Source: Actinomycetes bacterium (GTDB taxonomy: Bacteria; Actinomycetota; Aquicultoria; CAJVYJ01; JAUVQD01). Taken from it: a stretch of 53,144 nt of DNA. Shown piece after piece: positions 45,310-53,144 of this stretch (its first letter is position 1; the number at the start of each line of letters is the position of its first letter). Position numbers and translations under genes: made by a program. A model generated the notes under the pieces. That model saw nothing but the letters and a program-made list of their open reading frames with translations, did no database searches and was not told the origin of the DNA. The stretch is from the NCBI GenBank assembly GCA_030610765.1, contig JAUWRD010000001.1:1-53144 (forward strand). Reading direction: 5' to 3'.

Positions 45310-45337
45310 AAGGACAAAAAAACAGGAGGAATTATAT

Positions 45338-46552
45338 ATGTCGTCAAAAGATTTTGTTTTTACGTCAGAGTCGGTCACGGAAGGGCATCCCGACAAAATA
45401 GCAGATCAGATCTCCGATTCAATTCTTGATGCCATCTACACGGAAGACCCGATGGGAAGAGTGGCCTGTGAAACCTTTGTTACAACTGGACTGGTTGTTG
45501 TCGGGGGAGAAATAACGACTAATACTTATGTATCTATTCCCGAAATAGTCCGTGAAACAATCAGGAGTGTCGGCTACACACGAGCTAAATTTGGCTTTGA
45601 TTGTGATACCTGCGGAGTTATAACTACAATCGACGAGCAATCGAGTGATATCGCCGTTGGCGTCAATCACTCTATTGAGGAAAGAGGCGAAGACCTTACC
45701 GAGGATGATCTAAATAGATTGGGTGCGGGCGATCAAGGCATGATGTTCGGGTACGCGTGTAATGAGACGCCGGAGCTGATGCCGGCCCCGATTATGTTTG
45801 CCCATAAACTAGCGCGGCGTTTGGCCGAGGTCAGAAAGAAGGATATCGTTGACGAGCTTCGACCCGACGGAAAGACTCAGGTAACCGTTGAGTACCGGGA
45901 CGGACAGCCCTACCGAATCAGGACGGTTGTCATCTCAACTCAACACGGGCCTTCGATGAATATTGAGGATGAGCTAAAACCCGCTCTACTCGAACACGTT
46001 GTCCTACCGGTATTACCCGATAAGCTTCTGGATCACGCTTCACTTAAGTTCCTGGTCAATCCAACAGGAAAATTTGAGGTCGGCGGCCCCATGGGCGACG
46101 CCGGCTTAACAGGACGCAAAATTATAGTCGACACTTACGGCGGGATGGCGAGACACGGTGGCGGAGCTTTTTCTGGAAAAGACCCCACAAAAGTGGATCG
46201 CTCAGGAGCTTACGCAGCCCGTCATGTCGCGAAAAATGTGGTAGCGGCAGATTTAGCTGAAAAATGCGAAGTACAGTTGGCCTACGTAATAGGCGTTGCT
46301 CACCCGGTATCGGTAATGGTGGATACGTTTGGCACAGAAAAAATACCAGTCGAGAAAATCCAAAAACTAATAGTGGAACATTTTGATCTGCGACCCGCCG
46401 CGATAATTAAGAATCTGAAACTTCGGCGCCCAATCTACAAAAGTACAGCAGCTTACGGGCACTTTGGTCGAGATGAAGATGGCTTTACTTGGGAAATATG
46501 CGATGTCGCCGACCAACTAAGAAGCGCGTCTGGAATCAGCGCGGTCGTCTAG
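45338..46552 (+). CDS. metK: S-adenosylmethionine synthetase
   Basis: [27 protein letters not shown]..., [12 protein letters not shown] and DTYGG motifs. ATG 45338 lies behind AGGAGG (45324-45329). The listed ORF start at 45269 lies in the riboswitch platform. Confidence 0.97.
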   Translation: MSSKDFVFTSESVTEGHPDKIADQISDSILDAIYTEDPMGRVACETFVTTGLVVVGGEITTNTYVSIPEIVRETIRSVGYTRAKFGFDCDTCGVITTIDEQSSDIAVGVNHSIEERGEDLTEDDLNRLGAGDQGMMFGYACNETPELMPAPIMFAHKLARRLAEVRKKDIVDELRPDGKTQVTVEYRDGQPYRIRTVVISTQHGPSMNIEDELKPALLEHVVLPVLPDKLLDHASLKFLVNPTGKFEVGGPMGDAGLTGRKIIVDTYGGMARHGGGAFSGKDPTKVDRSGAYAARHVAKNVVAADLAEKCEVQLAYVIGVAHPVSVMVDTFGTEKIPVEKIQKLIVEHFDLRPAAIIKNLKLRRPIYKSTAAYGHFGRDEDGFTWEICDVADQLRSASGISAVV

Positions 46553-46578
46553 AAGCAGGCTCCGTACTTGGAAAAACA

Positions 46579-48954
46579 TTGTCGATAGCCAAAATTGCGA
46601 TTGATCTTAGCGCGCCAAATTTAAAACGCGCATATGATTATCTAATTCCGGATGAACTAGCCGCCGAAACCGAATTGGGCTCGACCGTAATTGTGCCTGT
46701 GCGCCAGCGAAAGTGCCTTGGTTACGTGGTTGGAATAGAGGATGAGAGCGCTGCGGACGGTCTTAAGTCAATCCTGGGATTGGTTGAGGGGCGCCGATTT
46801 ATCAGCCCCGCCCACATTGATCTTAGTCACTGGATGGCTGATCATTATTTGACGAGTTTCAGCGAAATCATCAAATTGACTTTACCCCCCGGCGGTCAGC
46901 CAAACCTGCAGACACTTCTTGAGCTTGCTAATGAGGGTTCACAGCACGAGCCCGCTCTGAAATGGCTGGCTGATAATGGGGGCTGCGCTACGCGCCGACG
47001 GATGGAAGGTGCTTTTACAAAATATAAGATTCAATCACTAATAAAGAATGGCGCCCTGAAACAACGATTCCGTCTCCGCGAACCATCTGTAAAACCCTTG
47101 ATACAGGAATTCGCCGACCTGAATAAAGCTGTGGATATTTCGGCGGTGCGCGGTCAAAAACAGCTCTTAGTGCTCAATGAATTGACGAAGAACGCGCCAA
47201 TACCTGTTAAAGAACTGCTAGGCCGGGTGGAAGCCAGTCGTCAAACCCTTAATTCGCTGGTGAGCAAAGGTTTTGTTTCCATTTTTAGTAAACCGATGAA
47301 ACGGGATTCAAAAACTAGCTTCACAAATGCCAAGACGTCCCCGATTACGCTCAATCAAGAACAAGACCATGCTTTGACGGCGATCACCTCGGCTCTTACA
47401 CAAAATACATATCACTCTTTTTTGCTTGAAGGCATAACCGGGAGCGGAAAAACCGAGGTCTATATGCGCGCTGCCGAGATCTGTCTTAAAGACGATAAAA
47501 GCGTTATCTTCCTCGTGCCGGAGATTTCACTCCTGCCACAACTAGTGGAGAGATTAGCTAACAGATTTGGCAAACAAGTCGCTCTTCTGCACAGCGGTCT
47601 AAAGGCTGGAGAACGTTTTGATGCTTGGCACGAAGTGGCTAACGGTAACGCGAAGGTTGTTGTCGGACCGAGATCAGCCTTGTTTGCCCCTGTCGACAAC
47701 CTGGGCTTGATCGTTCTAGACGAGGAACACGAAACTAGCTATAAGCAGAATGTTACTCCTAGATATGATGCACGGGTCGTCGCCAGGAAATTAGCCAGGA
47801 TCAATAACGCGGCTCTGGTTATGGGCAGCGCGACGCCGTCGCTGGAATCACAATCACTTGTTCGCTCAGAGGGCACCCATCTTAGGCTGCAAAATCGTGT
47901 TTTTGGCTTCAATGAGCCCTCTATTGAGATCGTCGACATGCGCGAAACACCTAGAATTGAGAGCGGAACCGGCCTCATATCAAAAATATTGTTTAATAAC
48001 CTTAAGCAGACGATTGATCAAGGTCATAAAGCAATTCTTTTGCTAAACAGAAGAGGATTCGCCAATTTTCTACTTTGCCGCAAATGTGGTTTTGTTCCGG
48101 TCTGCGCCAATTGCGCTATCTCGCTAACATTCCACAAAGTAAGTAATCGGCTGCGATGCCATCATTGCGGTTTGTCAAAAAGTGCCCCGGAGACCTGTCC
48201 GGAGTGCAAAAGTTCGAATTGGAAGTTCGGTGGCATCGGCACTCAAAGAATAGAAGGCGAGCTTACAACCCTCTTTCCGGAGACTCGCGTGATCCGAATG
48301 GATTCTGACTCCACGTCTGCTCGAGGGGCTCATCACCGTCATCTTCAAAACTTCTATGAGACCGAGGGCGCTATTCTATTAGGTACTCAAATGATCGCGA
48401 AAGGGCTTGATTTTCCAGATGTGGCTCTGGTTGGAATCATAAATGCCGACACAGCTCTGAATATTCCGGACTTTCGGGCTGCTGAAAGAACTGCTCAACT
48501 ATTAACCCAGGTCAGTGGGCGGTCGGGGCGAGGCCCTATCCCCGGCAAGGTGATAATTCAGACATATAATCCTGACAACTACGCTGTTCGCGCAGTTGAA
48601 TCAAGTTACAGCGATTTTTGCGAAATAGAAACGAAGCACCGGAGCGACCTCGACTATCCGCCCTTCACTTCAATCATCAATATCATCTTTTCAAGTCAAA
48701 ACGAGAAGCTTGTAGAACCGGCCGCACGCGAACTAGCCCAAAACTTGATTCAGGTATTGAAAGAGAAGGCTCAGATACTCGGTCCCGTACCCGCGCCTAT
48801 ATCACGGATCAAGGGCAGGTGGCGCTGGCATTTGATGATTGTAACCAAAGATCCGAAGTGGGTAAAAAAGATATTAAGAACCGATGTAGACTTAACCAGT
48901 CGTCATAAAAACGTTAAGATAATAGCGGATGTAGATCCTATTTGGTTGCTCTAG
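46579..48954 (+). CDS. priA: primosomal protein N' (replication restart helicase PriA)
   Basis: Walker A GITGSGKTEVY, DEEH box, and a zinc-binding CxxC cluster (CRKCG..CANC..CHHCG..CPEC). I prefer the TTG at 46579 (SIAKIAIDL...) to the listed 46489, which overlaps the metK end. Confidence 0.9.
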   Translation: MSIAKIAIDLSAPNLKRAYDYLIPDELAAETELGSTVIVPVRQRKCLGYVVGIEDESAADGLKSILGLVEGRRFISPAHIDLSHWMADHYLTSFSEIIKLTLPPGGQPNLQTLLELANEGSQHEPALKWLADNGGCATRRRMEGAFTKYKIQSLIKNGALKQRFRLREPSVKPLIQEFADLNKAVDISAVRGQKQLLVLNELTKNAPIPVKELLGRVEASRQTLNSLVSKGFVSIFSKPMKRDSKTSFTNAKTSPITLNQEQDHALTAITSALTQNTYHSFLLEGITGSGKTEVYMRAAEICLKDDKSVIFLVPEISLLPQLVERLANRFGKQVALLHSGLKAGERFDAWHEVANGNAKVVVGPRSALFAPVDNLGLIVLDEEHETSYKQNVTPRYDARVVARKLARINNAALVMGSATPSLESQSLVRSEGTHLRLQNRVFGFNEPSIEIVDMRETPRIESGTGLISKILFNNLKQTIDQGHKAILLLNRRGFANFLLCRKCGFVPVCANCAISLTFHKVSNRLRCHHCGLSKSAPETCPECKSSNWKFGGIGTQRIEGELTTLFPETRVIRMDSDSTSARGAHHRHLQNFYETEGAILLGTQMIAKGLDFPDVALVGIINADTALNIPDFRAAERTAQLLTQVSGRSGRGPIPGKVIIQTYNPDNYAVRAVESSYSDFCEIETKHRSDLDYPPFTSIINIIFSSQNEKLVEPAARELAQNLIQVLKEKAQILGPVPAPISRIKGRWRWHLMIVTKDPKWVKKILRTDVDLTSRHKNVKIIADVDPIWLL

Positions 48955-48964
48955 GAGGCGAGCC

Positions 48965-49465
48965 GTGGCTCTTTTAACTGTAAAAACTTTTGGTGATCCG
49001 ATATTAAAAGAAAGGTCAAAAAAAGTTGAAACCATAGACTTGAACATAAAAACTCTCTCCTCGGGGCTGGCTCATACAATGTATAAATACCGGGGAATAG
49101 GCTTAGCCGCTCCCCAAATCGGGGTCTTAAAGCAAGTTATTGTTATTGACATGGATGAAGAGAATTATGTTATTTACGTTAATCCAGTAATTGATGAGGT
49201 TTCTAAAAAAACCGACGTCGAAGAGGAGGGCTGCTTGTGCCTGCCTGGCATACAGGTACCCGTGAGGAGATCAAAAAACGTGGTTGTCTCGGCCCTGGAC
49301 CTAAAGGGCCGTCCGGTGCAAATAGAGGCCGGTGATTTTTTGGCGCGTGTCTTACAGCACGAAATCGATCACCTGGCTGGTCTGTCAATAATTGATCGAA
49401 CCGATCAAGAGAACCGGAGAAGAGCGATTCAAGAGTTTATGGAAGCTCAAGACCAAGAGGCTTAA
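48965..49465 (+). CDS. def: peptide deformylase
   Basis: GIGLAAPQIG, EGCLCLPG and HEIDHL motifs. GTG start. Confidence 0.93.
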   Translation: MALLTVKTFGDPILKERSKKVETIDLNIKTLSSGLAHTMYKYRGIGLAAPQIGVLKQVIVIDMDEENYVIYVNPVIDEVSKKTDVEEEGCLCLPGIQVPVRRSKNVVVSALDLKGRPVQIEAGDFLARVLQHEIDHLAGLSIIDRTDQENRRRAIQEFMEAQDQEA

Positions 49466-49466
49466 T

Positions 49467-50387
49467 GTGGATCTTCTTTTCTTCGGCACTCCGGCGTTTT
49501 CACTAGCGCCCCTAGAAAAACTTCATCAACACCACAAGATAATGGCCGTCATAACACAACCGGAGCGACCGCGAGGAAGAAACTTAAAGCTTCAACCTTC
49601 CCCTGTGAAGAAATGGGCTGAGGAAGCAAAAATTCCCGTTTTGGAGCCCGCTCGTGTGAACGACGATGATGTCGTCAATAAAATACGGCAAATGGGGCCT
49701 GAAGCCATTGTCGTGGCCGCGTATGGTCAGATACTTTCAGCAGACTTACTGAAAGTTCCAAAGTACGGGTGTATAAACATCCACGCGTCTTTTCTTCCGG
49801 CCTTAAGAGGCGCGGCCCCGATACAACGGGCAATTATGGATGGGCTTAGGAAGACCGGCGTTACGATCATGAAGATGGATGAAGGAATGGATACCGGGGC
49901 CATTCTTGACCAAGCCGAGATTGCCATTGAAGTGAACGACGATAGTGGCACCTTGAGCGGAAAAATTGCCGCGCTTGGCGCCGATTTAATTGATAAAGTT
50001 CTTGATGGGCTGGCCGATGGTAATATACTCGAAAAACCACAAGCAGATGACGACGCTACTTTCGCGCCGCCAATCAAAAAGGAAGAATTGAGAATCGACT
50101 GGCGCAAGAGTGCGCCTGAGCTGGTAAATCAAATACGAGCCTTGCAGCCCGCTCCTGGTGCTTTTACTATTTGGCGCGATAAAAGGATCAAAATCGGAGG
50201 CGCAGAGGCAGTGGAGATGCGCAAAGCAGACCCCGGCGTTACTATAATTGAAAACGATCAATTGTTGGTCGGAACCGGCCTGGGGGTCCTAAAAATATCT
50301 GAGGTGCAGCCAGCAGGCAAAAGAAATATGCCCACCGAGCAGTTTATTCGAGGCTACAGGCCGCTTGGCGGCGAGATTATGGGTTAG
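49467..50387 (+). CDS. fmt: methionyl-tRNA formyltransferase
   Basis: LLFFGTPAFS at the N-terminus, HASFLPALRGAAPIQ, and a C-terminal OB-like domain. The GTG at 49467 directly follows the def stop. The listed ORF start at 49392 lies inside def. Confidence 0.92.
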   Translation: MDLLFFGTPAFSLAPLEKLHQHHKIMAVITQPERPRGRNLKLQPSPVKKWAEEAKIPVLEPARVNDDDVVNKIRQMGPEAIVVAAYGQILSADLLKVPKYGCINIHASFLPALRGAAPIQRAIMDGLRKTGVTIMKMDEGMDTGAILDQAEIAIEVNDDSGTLSGKIAALGADLIDKVLDGLADGNILEKPQADDDATFAPPIKKEELRIDWRKSAPELVNQIRALQPAPGAFTIWRDKRIKIGGAEAVEMRKADPGVTIIENDQLLVGTGLGVLKISEVQPAGKRNMPTEQFIRGYRPLGGEIMG

Positions 50388-50411
50388 AGCTGCCTTTGGG
50401 AATAACTTTAT

Positions 50412-50442
50412 TTGACTCGACTTAGATTAATTTTGCTATAAT
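50412..50442 (+). promoter_or_regulatory. promoter candidate with extended -10
   Basis: TTGACT(50412-50417)-19 nt-TATAAT(50437-50442) with TG at 50434-50435. Confidence 0.45.
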
Positions 50443-50466
50443 ACGCAATGATTTGCGAAGGAGATA

Positions 50467-51165
50467 TTGATGTTCTTATTTAGCCCCTTATATTGGTTGC
50501 TTGTAGGCCCGGCCATAGCGCTAGTGGCTTGGTCTCAATATAAAGTCAAAAAAACATACAGGGATAATTCCAAAATCCCAGCCGCTGCCGGTCTGGCTGG
50601 CTCTCAATTGGCAAGGGCGCTTCTCGATCGCAACGAATTAACCGATGTCTCCGTTCAACCTGTTCAGGGTGAACTTACAGATCACTATGATCCGAGGGGC
50701 AAAGTCTTGAGGTTGTCCGGCGATATCTACAATGGACGTTCAGTTGCGGCGCTCGGCATTGTCGCTCACGAAGTCGGCCATGCTGTGCAAGATGCCCGTA
50801 AATATGTGCCTCTTCGCATTAGAGCAAGCCTGGTACCGGCCGCCTCATTTGGAAGCAGCGTTGGACCTCTATTGGTCATCGGCGGCATAATCTTCGCGGC
50901 GGGAAGCTCGTTTAGCGGCTTGTTGATTAATCTCGGAATATTATTTTTTGGAGCTGCGGTAGTATTTCAGATTGTCACCTTGCCGGTTGAATTTAACGCC
51001 AGCCGCAGAGCGATGGCAATGCTGGAAAACGGAGGATACATCGCGCAAGAGGAATATAAGCCCGCAAAACAGGTACTAAACGCCGCTGCGTTGACCTATC
51101 TGGCCGCGACTTTAGCCGCAATCATGCAGTTAGTCTATTATTTGATTCTTAGCCGCCGCAATTGA
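50467..51165 (+). CDS. YugP-like membrane zinc metallopeptidase (Zn_peptidase_2 family)
   Basis: HEVGHAVQ motif between N- and C-terminal TM helices. GAAGGAGA SD. The start is TTG 50467 or ATG 50470. Confidence 0.7.
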   Translation: MMFLFSPLYWLLVGPAIALVAWSQYKVKKTYRDNSKIPAAAGLAGSQLARALLDRNELTDVSVQPVQGELTDHYDPRGKVLRLSGDIYNGRSVAALGIVAHEVGHAVQDARKYVPLRIRASLVPAASFGSSVGPLLVIGGIIFAAGSSFSGLLINLGILFFGAAVVFQIVTLPVEFNASRRAMAMLENGGYIAQEEYKPAKQVLNAAALTYLAATLAAIMQLVYYLILSRRN

Positions 51166-51188
51166 ACTACAACGATATCGCTTAGAAA

Positions 51189-52511
51189 ATGAATCCACGC
51201 GCCTTTGTTCTTGACTTCCTCGCCAAGTTTGATCGAAAGCCCGGGCATGTAAATCAAACGCTACCAAGCGCTCTTAAAAATTCGAATCTTGATCAGCGAG
51301 ACAGGGCGCTTGTAACAGAGCTGGTCTATGGGATTTTACGCAGCAGGCTGTCACTGGATTGGCTTATAGGAGAATTCTCCTCAAAAGGGATATCCAAGAT
51401 GGACTCGCGAGTGCTCAATTTATTGAGATTGGGCATCTACCAGCTGGTCTTTCTGGATAAAATCCCGTCTCACGCGGCTGTTGATACCACGGTTGAGCTG
51501 GCAAAGAAAGACTTCAGGCCAGGGGTCGTTGGTTTTGTCAATGCTGTCTTGCGTGAAACCGGAAGAAAAATTGACAACTTACCGTGGCCTGATCGAGTAA
51601 AGGAGGAGACGCTTTTTCTGTCGGTCTTTTACTCACATCCTCTTTGGTTGGTAAAATTATGGCTAAAAGAAGTTGGAAAGCAGAAAACCGAAGCACTTTT
51701 GGCAGCCAACAACACTCGCCCGTCTGTGGCGCTTCGAGTCAATACTTTGAAAACATCGCGCAAAGAGCTTATTGAATATCTCGAAAAGTTAGGCGTGGAG
51801 GCAAAAGCGGGGGAGTGGTGCCCGGAAGCTATCCACATCCAAGCCCTTGTACCTCAGGAAATTATCGATAAGGGCTTGGCCTACGTGCAAAATGAGGGCT
51901 CGATGCTCATTAGCCACATGCTCGCGCTATCTCCGGGTCAATCCGTTATCGACTATTGTGCCGCTCCGGGCGGTAAGACCACGCATATGGCGCAATTAAT
52001 GATGAACGACGGGGAAATATTCGCCATAGATGTAAGCGACAGACGATTAGCGCTGGTCGATCAAAACCGACGGAGGCTAGGAATAAAGATTATCAGGCTA
52101 GTCAAAGGAGACGCTTCGCTGCCTATACCTCTACCTAAGGTTGATGATGTTCTGGTTGACGCTCCCTGCAGCGGCTTAGGAGTTCTTGCTCGACGTCCGG
52201 ACAGTCGCTGGCAAAAAAGACGAGAGGACATTGAGCGATTGGCAAACCTGCAGGGCTTAATAGTTAACGAAGCCGCGAATCACGTCAATGTAGGCGGTTT
52301 CTTAACCTACTCTGTCTGTACAATCACTAGGCTTGAGACAACCGAGGTGGTCGACAAATTCCTTAAAGGACGACCTGATTTTAGTCAGGTAAAGATTGAT
52401 ATTCCACATGGCAGGGCAGTAGACAATCCAGAGCTTTCTCTGCGACTTTGGCCTGACACCGACAAGACCGACGGTATGTTTGTAGCCCGATTCATACGGA
52501 ACGCTATTTAG
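51189..52511 (+). CDS. rsmB: 16S rRNA (cytosine967-C5)-methyltransferase RsmB/Sun
   Basis: N-terminal NusB-like domain, SAM site DYCAAPGGKT, and catalytic DAPCSG and TYSVCT motifs. Follows fmt. Confidence 0.88.
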   Translation: MNPRAFVLDFLAKFDRKPGHVNQTLPSALKNSNLDQRDRALVTELVYGILRSRLSLDWLIGEFSSKGISKMDSRVLNLLRLGIYQLVFLDKIPSHAAVDTTVELAKKDFRPGVVGFVNAVLRETGRKIDNLPWPDRVKEETLFLSVFYSHPLWLVKLWLKEVGKQKTEALLAANNTRPSVALRVNTLKTSRKELIEYLEKLGVEAKAGEWCPEAIHIQALVPQEIIDKGLAYVQNEGSMLISHMLALSPGQSVIDYCAAPGGKTTHMAQLMMNDGEIFAIDVSDRRLALVDQNRRRLGIKIIRLVKGDASLPIPLPKVDDVLVDAPCSGLGVLARRPDSRWQKRREDIERLANLQGLIVNEAANHVNVGGFLTYSVCTITRLETTEVVDKFLKGRPDFSQVKIDIPHGRAVDNPELSLRLWPDTDKTDGMFVARFIRNAI

Positions 52512-52529
52512 CATATTTTGTATTAACTG

Positions 52530-52557
52530 TTGTGGGGATCCCAATATCTTGTATAAT
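52530..52557 (+). promoter_or_regulatory. promoter candidate placing the transcription start at or next to the nrdR ATG
   Basis: TTGTGG(52530-52535)-16 nt-TATAAT(52552-52557) preceded by TG. ATG 52564 lies 7 nt after the -10 and has no SD. Confidence 0.4.
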
Positions 52558-52563
52558 CAATCC

Positions 52564-53037
52564 ATGCGCTGTCCATTTTGTGGTACTACCGATTCAAAAG
52601 TAACCGATTCACGCATGACCGAGCCCGGGGATGCTGTCAGACGTCGTCGTGAATGTCTAAGTTGCTCTCAACGTTTTACAACGTTTGAGAGGCTTGAGGA
52701 AACGCCAATCACTATCGTCAAGAAGGGGGGCGAACATGTCCCCTTTGACAGGCAAAAAATGCTTGGTGGACTCATTAGGGCAACCGAAAAACGCCATATA
52801 ACCAGAGATCAGCTCGAAGAATTGGTTTCAAGTATCGAATCAGACCTCAGGAACCAATTTAAGTATGAAATTACATCAAGAAAACTAGGGGAAATGATCT
52901 TAGGAAAACTACGGATACTAGATAAAGTCGCTTACGTCCGTTTCGCGTCCGTCTACCGTGAATTCCAAGATATAGATGAATTTAAATCTGAGCTTGAAAA
53001 ACTACAGACTCAAAGCAGCAGGAGGAAAAAGAAATGA
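52564..53037 (+). CDS. nrdR: transcriptional repressor NrdR
   Basis: MRCPFCG...DSR...RRRREC..C..RFTT.E zinc ribbon plus ATP-cone. I take the start at ATG 52564, not the listed TTG 52549. Confidence 0.93.
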   Translation: MRCPFCGTTDSKVTDSRMTEPGDAVRRRRECLSCSQRFTTFERLEETPITIVKKGGEHVPFDRQKMLGGLIRATEKRHITRDQLEELVSSIESDLRNQFKYEITSRKLGEMILGKLRILDKVAYVRFASVYREFQDIDEFKSELEKLQTQSSRRKKK

Positions 53038-53144
53038 CAGTAAAGTTCTTCTGGAAAGAAGATTGCCCGAAGTGCCCGAACGCAAAAGCCCGCATGAGTG
53101 ATATCGAAAACGTCCAATACTATAACCTTGATGAACCGGAAGGG
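53034..53144 (+). CDS. glutaredoxin/NrdH-like thioredoxin-fold protein, 3' partial
   Basis: ATG 53034 overlaps the nrdR TGA (ATGA) behind GGAGGA. MTVKFFWKEDCPKCPNAK... has a CxxC at the position typical of small redoxins. It runs off the window edge. Confidence 0.5.
   Translation, partial: MTVKFFWKEDCPKCPNAKARMSDIENVQYYNLDEPEG

Noticed and set aside
45027-45347. Listed 106-aa minus-strand ORF
   Set aside because: It lies antisense to the SAM-I riboswitch, its terminator and the metK start. The region is explained by the RNA element.
1-53144. CRISPR arrays, tandem or interspersed repeats, IS elements, integrases, prophage or tRNA genes
   Set aside because: Reading the non-coding stretches (all 350 nt or shorter) and the ORF list revealed none. 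Only short palindromes and hairpins were seen. A computational repeat scan would still be needed to exclude dispersed repeats.

Overview
Dense, almost entirely coding 53-kb chromosomal segment with about 60 genes and very short or overlapping intergenic spaces. I saw no rRNA, tRNA, CRISPR array, transposase or integrase. Most genes are housekeeping. Their order (tilS-hpt-ftsH; comEA-comEC-holA with divergent rpsT; mihF-gmk-rpoZ-coaBC-metK-priA-def-fmt-rsmB) and an actinobacterial-type integration host factor (mIHF) suggest a moderate-GC, possibly deep-branching Actinomycetota-like organism. GC was judged by eye, not computed. Against that, dnaG and rpoD overlap in one operon as in Firmicutes. 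Other blocks are: a 5'-partial NrfD-like membrane subunit with nona- and pentahaem c-type cytochromes; a late cobalamin / nucleotide-loop operon (cobQ-cobO-cobT-cobS-cobC::GNAT); a prenyl diphosphate synthase pair; mobA-fdhD; sulfur-relay and tRNA-thiolation genes including an IscU::MnmA fusion; and a SAM-I riboswitch with terminator in front of metK. The most interesting region is 9.4-14.6 kb. It holds a radical SAM/SPASM peptide-maturase-like gene divergent from a sensor-less M56 membrane metallopeptidase. Next comes an ORF too short for the ORF track (12063..12173, strong Shine-Dalgarno). It encodes a 36-aa peptide with an acidic leader-like half and an extremely Cys/Trp-rich C-terminus (NCCWNIAWCWFWG). 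Convergent with it are LiaSR-like two-component genes (two-TM, GAF, HisKA_3 kinase plus NarL/LuxR regulator). I interpret this as a candidate, apparently undescribed RiPP-type module (bacteriocin or signalling peptide). All assignments come from motif recognition by eye; no database search was run.
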